The notes under the pieces are model-generated. The model did no database searches. It was not told the origin of the DNA and was given only the letters and a program-made list of their open reading frames with translations. A stretch of DNA of 64,000 nucleotides, taken from NCBI RefSeq assembly GCF_000142905.1, contig NW_013657632.1, forward strand, positions 1-64,000, read 5' to 3'. Source of the stretch: Thecamonas trahens ATCC 50062. Taxonomy: Eukaryota > Protista > Apusomonadida. Position numbers and translations under genes: made by a program. Of this stretch, positions 11,318-23,327 are shown piece after piece (within the stretch, counting starts at the first letter, position 1; every line of letters begins with the position of its first letter).

Positions 11318-14300
11318 ATGCGACGCAAAGTGCCGGCAGTGGCATCCACAGCGATGGTAGTGGCGTCGGCGGTGGCGTTGGCGTTGGCGTTGGCGGTCGG
11401 GTACGTCGTGGCAGCACCGGGTGTTGGCGCCATGGCGTCTGTCGGTGGAGGACAGGGAGGAGCACCGTCTAGGGGGCTACTTGGCGACGATCATGGCGAT
11501 GACGGAGTCAAGGCTGTGGGTTTGCTTGTACCACACTCGCATTGGGACGCAGGCTGGTTGAAGACGCTCTCGGACTACTTCTCCGACGAGGTGCGGGCCA
11601 TTCTGGACAATGTGGTGGCGGCGCTGAGCGAGCCAGGCGGCGAGGAGCGGACGTTCATCCTCTCCGAGGCTGCGTTTCTGGCAGCCTGGTTTGGAGATGA
11701 CTCGGTCGATGAGATGACCAAGAGAACGTTGCGTGAACTAGTCGGCGAGGGGCGGGTCGAGATTGTGGGCGGCGGGCTGGTGATGGCGGACGAGGCGCTG
11801 ACAACGCCGTACGCCCACTTGGCCCAGTGGACGGTTGGGCATGCGGCGCTGGCTGCGGCAGGCGTGCCAGGCCGAGCAAAGTACGGGTGGCAGATCGACC
11901 CGTTTGGCGCGTCGGCGCTGACCGCTGGACTGCTGGCCGGGCAAGGCTTCGAGGGACTGGTCATTAACCGCATCGACGCCTCAATCAAGGCCGCGATGGT
12001 GGCCGACGGCTCGTTGGCGTTCGAGTGGGAGTATGATGACGGGAAGCGGCTCCGGACGCTGGTGCTGTACGATCACTACTCGTCGCCATTTGGCTTTGAC
12101 TGGGAGGCCGAGACCCGGGTCGGGCACGGGCCGTATGTGTACGAGCACAACGTCAAGTCAGTGGCGAAGCGGCTGGCACAGCTGGTGCTCTCCCGGGCGC
12201 GTGCGACCGGCTCAGGCGTGGTACCGATTCCATGGGGCAACGACTTTTCGTGGCAGGACATTGACGGGTTTGTGCAGATGGACAAGATCTTGCGGTACAT
12301 GGCGGCAAACCCGGACAACGACCCGCTGCTGGGCTCGGTCCGGGTCGAATACGCGACGCTGACGTCGGTCTTTGCTGCCTTGGACGATCGAAGCCCGAGC
12401 GCGGGCTACCCTGTTCGCCGCGACCGCGACTTTTTCCCTACCGCGACAAGCTGCTGGCGTACTGGTCGGGTTATTATGCATCGCGGCCGGTAGTCAAGGG
12501 ACTTGTTCGTGCGGCGGAGGAGCGGATTGCCGGGGTGGAGGCACTCCGGGCAGTGGCAGGTTGCCAAGCAGCGAGCAGCGCACTTGATCGTGCGCGCTAC
12601 AACCTCGGTGTCATGGCGCATCATGATGCCATCACCGGAACGGCAGCGGCATATGTGGTGTCGGACTATGTGGCGTTGCTGGCCAACGCGACCACAGCTG
12701 CGGGAGCAGCAGCTGTGGCGTGCCTGGAGAAGCGTACTGGACCTCAGCATGCTATCACGGTCTTCAATCCTACTGCTGCGGCTCGGCAGTGGCGGATCTC
12801 AATCCTCGTTCCAGCCTGGGTGAGTGGCGTGGCGGTAGGCGGGGAGGCAGCCGGCGTGTGCCAGATGTCGGCTGTGCGCGGGAGTGAGCCGGCAGACGCG
12901 CACGCAATTCCCCACGGCTGGCGTAGTATGATGGCGGGCGGCGGGCTTGAGATCTCTGCGCCGCGCAGCTACAGCCTGCTGAACGTTTCCGCACCTTTGG
13001 GTGTTGAGCCGGGTCCTGGGTACCGGGTGGTCGATGTGGTCGTGGTGGTGGCTGGCTTGAGGGCCGAGGAACTGGTGGTGACGCTGGAACCGAGCAGTGG
13101 CGAGCCGGGGATGTGTACGGGAGCAAGGCGAAAGAGAGTGGTGACTGATGGAAGCAGCGGCGTCGAGCTCGTGACGGGTGTGGTGCTCACGCCGCGCACG
13201 GCATCGATGTGGGCTGGACTGGGCGCTACGGTCCGTGTGGAGCGGGCAGGCACGCCGACGCTCGATGTGGTGCTGATGACATACGGCCATACCGATGGTG
13301 GAGCTTACTTGATGTACGATGACTACGGACTGTTTCTCTGGATTGGCATGGCAATCGGATGGTTGACAGGCTCGGGAGTCATGTCGTGGTGGCTGCTGGG
13401 CGATCCGCTGCGATTTGCTCGGTTCGCGGCGAGCCTGAAGTGGGGCGGTGTGGTGTGGCGAGTGGCGCAGTCTCTGCAGCACGCGCCGAGATCGGTCAAT
13501 GTGGCGATCGGGGCTGTGGAAGGCGCTGTGCTCGCGGCTGTGCTGGCATTGGCGCTCGAGGCGTACGTGCCGCACTGGATGGAGGCGGGCGCCGGCTTTG
13601 GACTCGGACTATTGATTGGCGGCATGTTGCGGGGCTCGGGCACGTACCTTAGCAGTCTTGTAGGGCTTGCAGCGTTTGGTGCTGGGGTGGCGGTGCTCAT
13701 GCTCGGCTTACCGGCATCGCATGGCTCTACCGCGCTGGGGGCGTCGCTAGTGGAGGCGATGGAGGTGAGTGTGGAACACGGGCCTGTGGTGAGCCGGGCG
13801 TTCTTTGGCTACTCGGAGCATCTTGAGCTCGAGTGGGTGGTCGACGAGGTGACGCCCGAGCTTGAGCTCACTGTTCACGTTTTGCTCACGCGACCGTGCG
13901 AGCTGGTGGCCCGGATCAAGGAGGTGGGCCACAGCCGGCGCAGAGCAGGCGACGATGGCCTTGTCACCTTTGACGGCCTGCGGTTTGTGGAACGGAAGCG
14001 CAAGGCGTTCTCTGCGCTGGGAGCGAACTTTTACCCTGCAGTCATGGGCGCTGCGCTGCGGGAGACGGGCCTCGCTGCGTACACGGTTCAAGCGATGGGT
14101 GTGGCATCTCTTGCGCCAGGCATGCTGGAGTTGATGGTCGACCGGCGGCTAGCGCACGATGATCTGCGTGGGCTGGAAGAGGGTCTGCAAGACGGGGTCC
14201 GCTCTCATGTAGCGATTTTCCTTGGGGACGGGGCCGAGAGCGACGAAGCCAAGTGGCGAGCCCGGGCTTGGGCGCTCAACACGCGACCACTGGTGGTCAT

Positions 14301-14625
14301 GGGCGCGCGGACCGCGCGCCTGGCCAGCACTGATGGAGCACCTAGCCTGAAGCGGACGACACTGTTTTCTCTGGGCCACATGCCAGGCACACACGATGGA
14401 ACAGTCCTTGCACGTTTTGTTGTTGTTGATGCCCTTGCCACGGACGATGCTGTCGATGCCGAGGTGCAAGCCTTTCTGGCCGCCGTCCTCCACCTCGCCG
14501 GCGATGCGACTTGTGTCCGTTCCACCCTTGACGGCAGGCTGCCGCCAATGTCAGCCACATCGAGCCCCTCGACAACGTCTGCAACTGCCGTCTTTGGCCT
14601 TGTTGCATATTTGTGTCATGTGTAG
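11318..14625 (+). CDS. GH38 alpha-mannosidase with N-terminal signal anchor, one -1 frame break (~12437) and an internal multi-TM insert
   Basis: VPHSHWDAGWLKT, WQIDPFG (nucleophile), WGNDF, DFFP|YRD...YWSGYYASRP across the break, HHDAITGT, ANFYP, LELMVDRRL. Confidence 0.88.
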
Positions 14626-14747
14626 CAAAAGTCATGTGTCCGTGTGGGTGATCGGCGATCGAGTGGTTGGCAGGTGTTGCGGTGTGTGCGGTGTCGTCAG
14701 CGACAGAGCTGTCGGCGACTCGGCGATGGCTGTCGACGACCCGCTCG

Positions 14748-14780
<33 letters not shown>

Positions 14781-14848
14781 TTCTCCCACCTTGCGTTCCC
14801 ATTCACCCTCTACCCACCGACACACTCGACGTCAAGTACCAGTAGAGG

Positions 14849-15103
14849 ATGAGTGCCCCCAGCAGTGCTCTCGGACTGTACCGCGCCCTGCTGCGGTCTG
14901 CGTCGTCGTTCTCTGGCTACAATGTGCGGTCGTATGCTGTCCGCCGTGTTCGCGACGCGTTCCGGGCGTCGGCGAGTGAGGCCACTTCGCCCGAGGCCAA
15001 GGCTGCTGCTCTGGCCAAGGGTCACGAGGCTCTGGCCATGATGCAGCGCCAGAACATTGTGCAGAACATGTACACCAAGCGCAAGCTTGTTATTGAGATG
15101 TAG
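14849..15103 (+). CDS. ISD11: LYR-motif Fe-S cluster assembly protein ISD11/LYRM4
   Basis: LYRALLRSASSFSGYNVRSYAVRRVRDAFR...RQNIVQNMY...KLVIE, 84 aa. Confidence 0.93.
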   Translation: MSAPSSALGLYRALLRSASSFSGYNVRSYAVRRVRDAFRASASEATSPEAKAAALAKGHEALAMMQRQNIVQNMYTKRKLVIEM

Positions 15104-15254
15104 TGCTCCGTAAAATCCATCCCCACATCCTCTCCTCCTCCTCCTCCCACCTCATCATTTGCCGCAGAGTTAGTTAGCCAGCCAAGCCAGTCCGTCCCAG
15201 CCGCCTCTTGAACGCAGCGGACGAGCGTGTGAGAGATCCAGACTGGCCTGCGGC

Positions 15255-16394
15255 TCAGTTGTCTTCATTGGTAGCTTGCTCTCCATCGGTGTTGATGGCA
15301 TGAGGTGCAGCAAGCGCAGCAGATATCAGGCCGTGCCGGAGGGCGGCGTCGAGGACGAGCGCTCCGTCGGCGATGACGGCTGGCGGGTGCGGTGAGGCGG
15401 TGACATGGGCGAGACGGGCGGTGAGCCACTCGTCAATGCGGGCGATGAGGGTGCCGCCCTCAGCTGCCCAGGCTGCAAGGGCCTCGGCGGATGCTGCTGG
15501 CGGCGTGTGCGAGGCAAGCGCAGATGTGGTGGCAGCGATGAGCTCGAGGGCGGCGACAGTGAGGCGGGCAGCGACAGCGTCTTGGGTGGACGGGGCCGAG
15601 GGGAGGGCAGCGAGAGCAGCTTCGGCGCTGCGGACCGAGGCTGCGGACCAGACAAGCGAGGCGCCATCGGGCGCGACCATAGCGACCCACTCGCCTAGCG
15701 AGAGAGCCAGTGGCGACGTCGAGGCTGCGTCGGCCGGATCGAGGTAGATAGCGGCCCGGAGGGCGGCGTCGGCGGCGGCGTAATGGGCGGCGGCGTTTGG
15801 TGGGGCTTGGGCAAGGGCCGAGCACACGGCCTCGCTCATTGCGACGGCCGATGCGGCAAGGGCGCCCCAGACGGTGTCGCCACCAGCAGCAGCAAAGGCC
15901 ATGTCCCAGGCGGCGCGGGCGGCGGCGTTGCGCGAGGCGGGCGATGCCGGCGGCGAGTGATGGGCGCGAGCAGCATCGCGAAGCGCAGCTGAGAGCGACG
16001 ACCGTCCGCTGGCCAGGGCAGCGGCAGGCCGGGCTGAGACCTTGGACACCTTTTCCACGCCGCGGGCCACCAGATCGACGCCGTACGCCAGATCCAGGCC
16101 AAGCCGGAGTCGCTTCTTGGCGGATCTGCGCAAAGGCTCAGCCGACTCTGGCCTCTGGCCAGCCATCGCTGCGTCTGCTTGCTTCCCAGCACCAGCTCGG
16201 CTTCTGTTCCCACCTCGGCCAGCACTCTCCAGCCCGCTCGCGCCCTGCCCGCAGCTTCCGACTCGCTCCTCAGCCTCATCCGCTTCGGCGGTGAGGACCC
16301 CGACGGCCGACTTGCCCAGACCCTCCAGCAGGTCGAGACCGGTGCCTGTAGCCGTCACCGCCGCCGACGAGAGCCAGTCCTGCCAACCAGCCAT
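15255..16394 (-). CDS. Ala-rich hypothetical protein, possibly FAM114A-like
   Basis: ~380-aa ORF from MAGWQDWLSS; GLDLLEGLGKSAVGVL resembles the FAM114 GLDALEFIGKKTM motif from memory only. Confidence 0.45.
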   Translation of the reverse strand: MAGWQDWLSSAAVTATGTGLDLLEGLGKSAVGVLTAEADEAEERVGSCGQGASGLESAGRGGNRSRAGAGKQADAAMAGQRPESAEPLRRSAKKRLRLGLDLAYGVDLVARGVEKVSKVSARPAAALASGRSSLSAALRDAARAHHSPPASPASRNAAARAAWDMAFAAAGGDTVWGALAASAVAMSEAVCSALAQAPPNAAAHYAAADAALRAAIYLDPADAASTSPLALSLGEWVAMVAPDGASLVWSAASVRSAEAALAALPSAPSTQDAVAARLTVAALELIAATTSALASHTPPAASAEALAAWAAEGGTLIARIDEWLTARLAHVTASPHPPAVIADGALVLDAALRHGLISAALAAPHAINTDGEQATNEDN

Positions 16395-17013
16395 GACGTG
16401 TGCGGAGGGTGTGGGCTTGGGAGGGGTGTGGGAATGGCAGCTACTTGGCCCGGGGAAGGGGGGGCGAACAGTCGCTAGGAACGACGGCCGGAGCGCATGT
16501 CCCTCGTGTTGCACCTCAAGCACGCAGCTTGGCTACCTGGCTTGATATGGTTTGTATGTGACTGATGTCGGTTGTGGCGATCATGCACTACGTGTATGGT
16601 CGTGGCTGTGCTAGCTACGACTGTTGTCATCATGACTATTGTCTCTGCTGTGATCATTGAGAGGCGATCATGCTCATTCTAATGACGGTGGTATGTCGAT
16701 CCGTGTCGATTAGCCGCTGCAGCTGTCACTGCTTTTCCCATCGATTGTAGCAAGCACGGCTACAGTTACCACATTGGCCATCTACTTGTCACGCTGGGTC
16801 CGGCCTGATGTGGTCGGCAAGGCATTGTGTTCGTTCATTTGTTGGTTGGCTTGAAGAAGGGGGGGGGGGGGGGCGGGGAGGGGACTCGGCGACTCGTTTG
16901 CTCATTCGTTCGGTCGGTTCGACTCGGTTCGCCAGTCGAGTCGGAATGAGACGACGGAGGAAACGAAGGGATGAATTGGACGGCATCGGCCAACGCACAA
17001 CTCTCATACAAAG

Positions 17014-18412
17014 ATGGCTATCGGGTACGTGAGACAGTGGGGTATAGGGATGAGAGTGAAAGGGAGGGAAGGGGCCTCCGGGGCGGTGCAGCGCATGCAC
17101 AGACAGACTACTGCGTCTGGGGCCGCTTCTCGTGGCTGGGTGTTGTGTATGGGGCCCTCGGAGGCTGTCCGACGCGGCCATTTTTATTTCGATGGATGGC
17201 CAGTGTCGGCCACTCTGGCAAGGATGCAAGGGCGGCAGGGACTCACAGCAGCGGACATACACGCACACGTTATACAGGAAGAACAAGCGTCTCTCCAAGG
17301 GCGGCAAGAAGAAGGGTGGCCGCCGCGGTACGTGATTATTTGCCTTGTATTCCCCTCCCTTGCCACCAGCTCTGTCTGCTGGTGTGTGTGTGATGTCTGG
17401 CCATCCCAGCTCGCGCCGCCTGCAGGCAGCCATCGCCTCCGGCATGGTGGTGGGCAGGATGCTACTGATCCGACAAGCGCACGGGTGGATACCCCTTCAT
17501 GCGGCGCGTGTGCGTATGCATTGTATGGGCGTGTGTGAGCCTTGGTCTGCCCCGTAGGGCGGCGGGCGGTCGGCAGGCGGGCAGGCGGCAGTCATACACT
17601 TTTTCGGTTTTTGGCGGAAAATGACTTGCGGTCCGAGGGGAGCAGCCGCCGAGCCAGACAGCAGTAGAAGGCGTGCGGGGAATGGTTGCAGGGATGGAGG
17701 GAGACTCACGAGTGTGTGTTGTTTGAGTATAGCGGTCGACCAGTTCGCCAAGAAGGAGTGGTACGACATCAAGGCGCCGTCGATGTTCGCCAAGCGCCAG
17801 GTCGGCAAGACCCTGGTCAACAAGACCGCTGGTCTTAAGATCGCCTCGGAGGCACTCAAGGGCCGCGTGTTCGAGATCAACCTTGGTGACCTGCAGGATG
17901 ACGAGGAGCAGAACTTCCGCAAGATCAAGCTCATCTGCGAGGACGTTCAGGGCCGCAACATCCTCACCAACTTCCACGGCATGTCGTTCACCACCGACAA
18001 GCTCCGCTCGCTCACCCGCAAGTGGCACACCCTCATTGAGGCTTCGGTGGATGCCCGCACCACCGACGGCTACCTCATCCGTCTCTTCGCCATCGGCCTC
18101 ACCGCCCGCCACCAGAAGCAGACCCGCAAGACCTCGTACGCCCAGACCTCGCAGATTCGCGTCATCCGCGCCAAGATGCACGAGATCATGCGCCGCGAGA
18201 CCGAGAACGTCGACCTCAAGGGCTTCGTCACCAAGCTCATCCCCAAGGTCATGAAGAAGGAGATCGAGACTGCCGCCCGCTCCATCTACCCGCTCCAGAA
18301 CGTCTTCATCCGCAAGGTCAAGATCCTCAAGAAGCCGCGCTTCGACGTTGCCAAGCTCCTCGAGCTCCACTCGGTCTCGGCCAACGCCTCGAAGAAGGTC
18401 GACCGCGCCTAA
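17014..18412 (+). CDS. RPS3A: 40S ribosomal protein S3a/eS1 (exons 17014-17024, 17278-17327, 17733-18412)
   Basis: Spliced [36 protein letters not shown]; two GTACGT...AG introns with GACTCAC branch-like sites; strong codon bias. Confidence 0.96.
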
Positions 18413-18800
18413 CTCGTAAAGCCAAGCAAAGTCAACCGTACCCAACACACTGCTTGTGTGTCCTTTGTCCTTTTGCCCTGCACGTGTGCGTATGTATGTG
18501 TGTATGTGTGTGTGTGGGGGGCTCGGAGAGGCTCATGTCGTTGGTTGCTTGGCTGCCACCCACTGCCCGTCCCCGTCCCTTTTCCACCTTTTGCAACGAA
18601 AGCAATGAACACCACGAGCCGACAGCGCTTCCCCCTCCTCCCCCTCCCCCCTCCTCCACCCACACCCACACCCACACCCACACCTCCCTCGGCCCCCGGC
18701 CGCAGGCACCATCCACCCCTCCGTCCTCTCTCTCTCTCTCTCCCTCTCTCCCTCTCTCTCTCTCTCCCCCTCCCCCTTCCCCTTCCCCTTCCCCTCCCAA

Positions 18801-19106
18801 ATGGACCGCCCCGCAGGTGCGCCACCGCGCGGCTCGTTCCAGCCGTCCGACTTTGAGCTGGGCCCATGCATCGGACGAGGCTCATTTGGACAGGTCCACA
18901 GAGCGTACGTACACAAGAGGGAGAATGTGTGATAGTGGGCTTGTATCTGTGTGTTTGGTATGTGCTTGTGTGTCTGTTGATGGCCGCGTGGCAGAGGTGC
19001 AACTCACGCCATTATTGTTGTCGCGCGCTGGGGGTGGGGGTGGGGGGAACTCGCCCTCGTCTCGCCTCGTATTCCATGTCGACTGCATATCATGCTGGTG
19101 GGCCAT

Positions 19107-19139
<33 letters not shown>

Positions 19140-20642
19140 ATGTGGTGGGGAGACAGCGTCTACACGCCGACCAACTTTGTGGTTGCCATCAAGACCATCG
19201 ATCTGGAAGACTCTGAGGACGAGATCAAAGACATCCAGCAAGAGATCCAGGTCATGGCGGCGTGCTCATCGGACCACATCACACAGTACTATGGGTCTGT
19301 GATGAACGGGCCGATGCTGTGGATTGTGATGGAGTACCTCGGCGGTGGGTCGGCGCTCGACTTGCTCCGGGCCGGACCGTTCCGCGAGGCGTACATTGCC
19401 ATCATCATGCGCGAGCTCCTCGAAGGTCTCACCTACTTGCACGAGCGCAACATGATCCACCGTGACATCAAGGCGGCCAACGTGCTTATCGGAGCCGACG
19501 GCGAGGTCAAGCTCGCCGACTTTGGTGTCTCGGGTATGCTCACCGACTACCAGACCAAGCGACGGACGTTTGTGGGCACGCCGTACTGGATGGCGCCCGA
19601 GGTCATTGTGCAGGCCGGATACTCGACGCCCGCAGACATCTGGTCGCTTGGCATCACCGCCATCGAGCTGGCCAAGGGCGTGCCGCCGCTCGGCGACGTC
19701 TCGCCCATGAAGGCTCTGTTCTTCATCCCCAAGAACGCCCCGCCCGTCCTCCGAGGCAAGTTCTCGACCAAGTTCAAGTCGTTTGTGGCTCAGTGCCTGG
19801 TCAAGGAGCCCGGCGCCCGCCCGACCGCCGCCGAGCTGCTCAACCACAAGTTTATCCGTTCCGCCCGCAAGATCTCCGCCATCCGTGACCTCATTAAGCG
19901 CTACGACCGCTACCGCATCTCAAACGGAAACAACGTGTGGCGCAAGGCCCGCTCCGACGGCGGTAAGTCCGGCTCGGCCGACCCGGCGTCGGGCTCCGCG
20001 CCCGCCGCCGGCGCACCCACTGTTGACGAGTGGGACTTTGAAACCTACCGCCCGCCGGCTAAGGAGGCCGCGAAGCCAGCCCCGTCGCCGGCCCGCGCTG
20101 CGCCTTCGCCGACCCGTGCCGCGCCGTCGCCGTCACCAAGTAAGCCGGCTTTGCCTGGCAAGCCGCGTGGCGGCAAGGTTGTTGCCCGCGCCCAGGGCAC
20201 ACTCTCTTCCTCATCTTCTTCATCTTCTTCCTCATCGTCCTCGTCGTCGGATGACGACGCTACCGAAACGGCCCTCGTCGACTCGGCACCCAAGTCCTCG
20301 CTTGTCGCCACCACTGTCGGCCCGGTACTCGCCGCCCTGCTGCGGCAGTACCCCGAGGCCGAGGACAAGATCCGCTCGCTGCAGACCGCGTTCGAGGCCC
20401 TTGACTCTGCCGCCGGGCCAGGCTCGGCGCTTGGAGAGGCCTTTGTCCGCTCGCTCATCGCCACCATCGAGAACCACCCCGAGCCGCGCATCTCCGGCCT
20501 CCTCCCGGCCTCGCGCACCCCGCCGCTCGCCGCCGACCCGGTCCTCCCGGCCTCAGTCGACGAGGGCCTCGCGCAGCGCTCGGTCGCCGCCAACTACCTC
20601 ATCAAGCGCTGGCGTATGTCCGGCTCGTCGCTTGCCCGCTGA
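18801..20642 (+). CDS. STE20-family GCK-III kinase (MST3/STK24/STK25-like; exons 18801-18904, 19157-20642)
   Basis: IGRGSFGQV in exon 1; [47 protein letters not shown]; DEWDF motif; C-terminal helical dimerisation-like segment. Confidence 0.92.
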
Positions 20643-21187
20643 CTGTAGCACCTTTGTCGCACCGGTTGAACTTCCACGTCTGGCTCTGGCTCCCCGCCCT
20701 GGTGAGGGAGCGTACAAACCCATTCGGCGAGTGGCGCCGGCACTCGCCATTTTATTGCCGAAACGCGGGCGAGTTCCCAATTTCGGTTACGTTTTGCTGT
20801 CCGCCCTGGTGTGCACGCGGTACCATTTATGCCGGTCGCAGCGGCGTCGCAAGACGCTCATGCACTATCCCGGCGATGACAATGGCGCCACACACCCGGC
20901 CACGCGCAGCCGTTCTGGCTGTGCTCCGGCTGTACAGGCAGGAAGAGAAAACCGCAGGGTTATGGGTTGCGCCGGAAAGCTAAAGGCTATGATGTGCGCA
21001 TTCTCGACGCTGCGGACAATCACATTCACATACGCGACACAACGATATAACACGACACAACAACAATACTACCCTCGTCAGGTCTAATAAGGCCCTCGAG
21101 CTGCACGCATGGATGGGGAGCCACCATCGAGTCTTGCAAGTTTACTGGCGAGAGCAGGCAGCTGAGAGCGGGAGCAGCAATCGGTAC

Positions 21188-22990
21188 TTACTCGGTCTCA
21201 AACTTGGGCCGGCCGGCCTCGACGTCGATGAGGCACTCCGAGTCGTCGAGAACGCGCGGGCCGTCGCCGACCGAGGTGTACAGCAGGTACTTGAGGCGGC
21301 CGGCGGCCGGGGTGACGTCGTCGACGGCGGCAATCAGCTCGGCCGGCGGTGGGTTGGCGGCGGCAAAGTCAAAGGCCTCAGCGTGCGGGAGGTACTCGGC
21401 GTTCGTCATCGAGTCCGGCGCGGGGAAGTAGTGGAGGACGGCCGAGAGGAAGGGGAGGACATGGTCGTCCTCGAGGTAGATGACAGCATTGGGGCCGGCG
21501 TCAAAGGTGTACGCGGCGGCGAGCGAGCCGACGGCCGTGTTGTACGCGTTGACAACCTTGACCACGTCACGCGAGACGTCGGTCATGTAGTGGATCGGCG
21601 GCTCGGTGGTGGCACAGGTGGCGTGGAAGTTGTCCGAGTCCTTCATGGTGAGGTCGGCAAAAGTGGCGTAGTCGCGCTCGAGGATGGCCTTCTCCATGGC
21701 GGCCATGCGGCCGGGCAGCATGGCGAGGCGGTCCGGAATGAGCGGCGACGTCGCCGCCGTCAGCTGCATGCCCTTGGACGACGACACGTGCTTCTTCTGG
21801 TCGTTGGCGACGAGGACAAGGACCCGCATCGACGGCCAGTGCGTGTGCGGCGCGACCTGGACCGCAATCGAGTCGGTCCCGTCAGCCCGCTCGCCCTCCA
21901 CCCACTTGACCCATCCGCCGTACATCGACCGCGACGCCGAGCCCGAGCCGCGGCGCGCAATGGCCGAGAGCTCCGTCTCCACGTTGAGCACCTGGGCGAG
22001 CGCGTACGTGAGGCACGCGTAGCCCGACGCCGACGATGCAAGCCCGGCCGCCGTAGGGAAGTTGTTCTCCGACACAATGAGCAGCTTGTACTTGGGCCAG
22101 TCGGCAGCCTTGATCACCACCCGCCCTGCGTTGTCGTACACGTCCGACGCATGCTCGCGCGCAAGCTGGATCACCGTCTGCACCCGCTTGTTGCCGGCAA
22201 TGTCCTCCTTGACCCCGTTGAGCCAGAGCTCGTCCTCGGCAAGATCAAGCGAGGCGAGAACCGAGGTCTTGGACGCCATGTCGTCCTGGTTCAGCGTTCC
22301 CGAGAGCGACGAGTTGAGCGGGAGCATGAGCCCCACGTCGCGCTTGCCCCAGTACTTGATCACCGCAATGTTGACCGGCGCCGTCGTCGTTGCCCACCGC
22401 GCCCGGCCCTCACCAGGCACCGGCGTCAGCTCCTTGGCAAAGCCGTTCACGCGCAGCCCGCGCGCCGGCGAGGCCATGCCGTAGCTAGAGTGGCCGTAGC
22501 CCGAGTGACCGTAGCCCGAGCCGTAGCCCGGCGCCGCAAACATGCCCATCGGGGCAAAGCTTGGCATAGGCCCAGCCTGCGCCTGATGGGCGGGAGCAAA
22601 GGCCTGCGGCGGGAACGGCGGGCATGGGCAATCACCACCGCCAGCAGCAGGAGCAGCAGCAGCAGGAGCCTGCGGCGGGAGCGGGCAGCAGCCCATGGCG
22701 GGGGCAAAGGGCATGAAGGCCGGCGGCGGCGGGAAGGCCGACGGTGGAAGCGGGGCTTGCGGGTACGGACTAGCACCAGTGCACGGGCCGTAGGCGCAGT
22801 GCATGGCTCCCGGGTAGCCCCAACCAGCAGCAGCAGCAGCAGGCTGTCCGTCGTCCGACGACGACGACGAGGAGGAGGAGTACGAGGAGGACGACGAGGC
22901 GGAGGAGGCGACGGTCGGGGCGGCATAGGCTCCGTACGGCGGGTAGCCGGCGTACCCGGCCACAGGGTAGTAGGGGTAGGGGTAGGACAT
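21188..22990 (-). CDS. MVD: Diphosphomevalonate decarboxylase with a long low-complexity N-terminal extension (true start uncertain)
   Basis: TAPVNIAVIKYWGKRD, LPLNSSLS, NNFPTAAGLASSASG, ARRGSGSASRS, DSDNFHA, AYTFDAGPNA. Confidence 0.92.
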   Translation of the reverse strand: MSYPYPYYPVAGYAGYPPYGAYAAPTVASSASSSSSYSSSSSSSSDDGQPAAAAAGWGYPGAMHCAYGPCTGASPYPQAPLPPSAFPPPPAFMPFAPAMGCCPLPPQAPAAAAPAAGGGDCPCPPFPPQAFAPAHQAQAGPMPSFAPMGMFAAPGYGSGYGHSGYGHSSYGMASPARGLRVNGFAKELTPVPGEGRARWATTTAPVNIAVIKYWGKRDVGLMLPLNSSLSGTLNQDDMASKTSVLASLDLAEDELWLNGVKEDIAGNKRVQTVIQLAREHASDVYDNAGRVVIKAADWPKYKLLIVSENNFPTAAGLASSASGYACLTYALAQVLNVETELSAIARRGSGSASRSMYGGWVKWVEGERADGTDSIAVQVAPHTHWPSMRVLVLVANDQKKHVSSSKGMQLTAATSPLIPDRLAMLPGRMAAMEKAILERDYATFADLTMKDSDNFHATCATTEPPIHYMTDVSRDVVKVVNAYNTAVGSLAAAYTFDAGPNAVIYLEDDHVLPFLSAVLHYFPAPDSMTNAEYLPHAEAFDFAAANPPPAELIAAVDDVTPAAGRLKYLLYTSVGDGPRVLDDSECLIDVEAGRPKFETE

Positions 22991-23327
22991 GGCTGCGCTG
23001 AGTGCTGCTGTAGTCGGGTGGTCCGCCGCGGGCCGTCTTGCTGACTTTGCCCAGTGTGGATCGTGGCCAACTGGCTCCTCCTGCCGCCTCCCGCCGCGTC
23101 AACGGCTGTAATTTGCCTTGCGCCGACCTGTGCTGGCTCGCCCGCCCGCTGGCTTGTCAGCCGATGGGATAATTGATGTGCGATGGATGAAGGGAAGAAA
23201 GTGCTCGGTAGAGCTCAGCAAGGGCTTTTGCTACAGGGCGTTGCTGTTGGAGTGGCCAATGTACGACCATCATTGCCGTGGCCGTCGCTCGCCCGACACT
23301 CTTCTACCACGTCGCCAGCGGCCTGGG

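Noticed and set aside
16540-16790. AT-richer intergenic stretch with a minus-strand ATGATGA box
   Set aside because: No matching D box or recognisable RNA family; probably promoter or UTR.
17389-17470. Possible C/D snoRNA in RPS3A intron 2 (GTGATGT...CTGA)
   Set aside because: Imperfect C box, no clear terminal stem and no rRNA-complementary guide I could recognise; needs snoscan/Infernal.
21113-23044. Long antisense ORFs (also 29368-30927, 43191-44411, 48957-51830, 61399-62676)
   Set aside because: Shadows of GC3-biased real genes on the opposite strand; no independent motifs.
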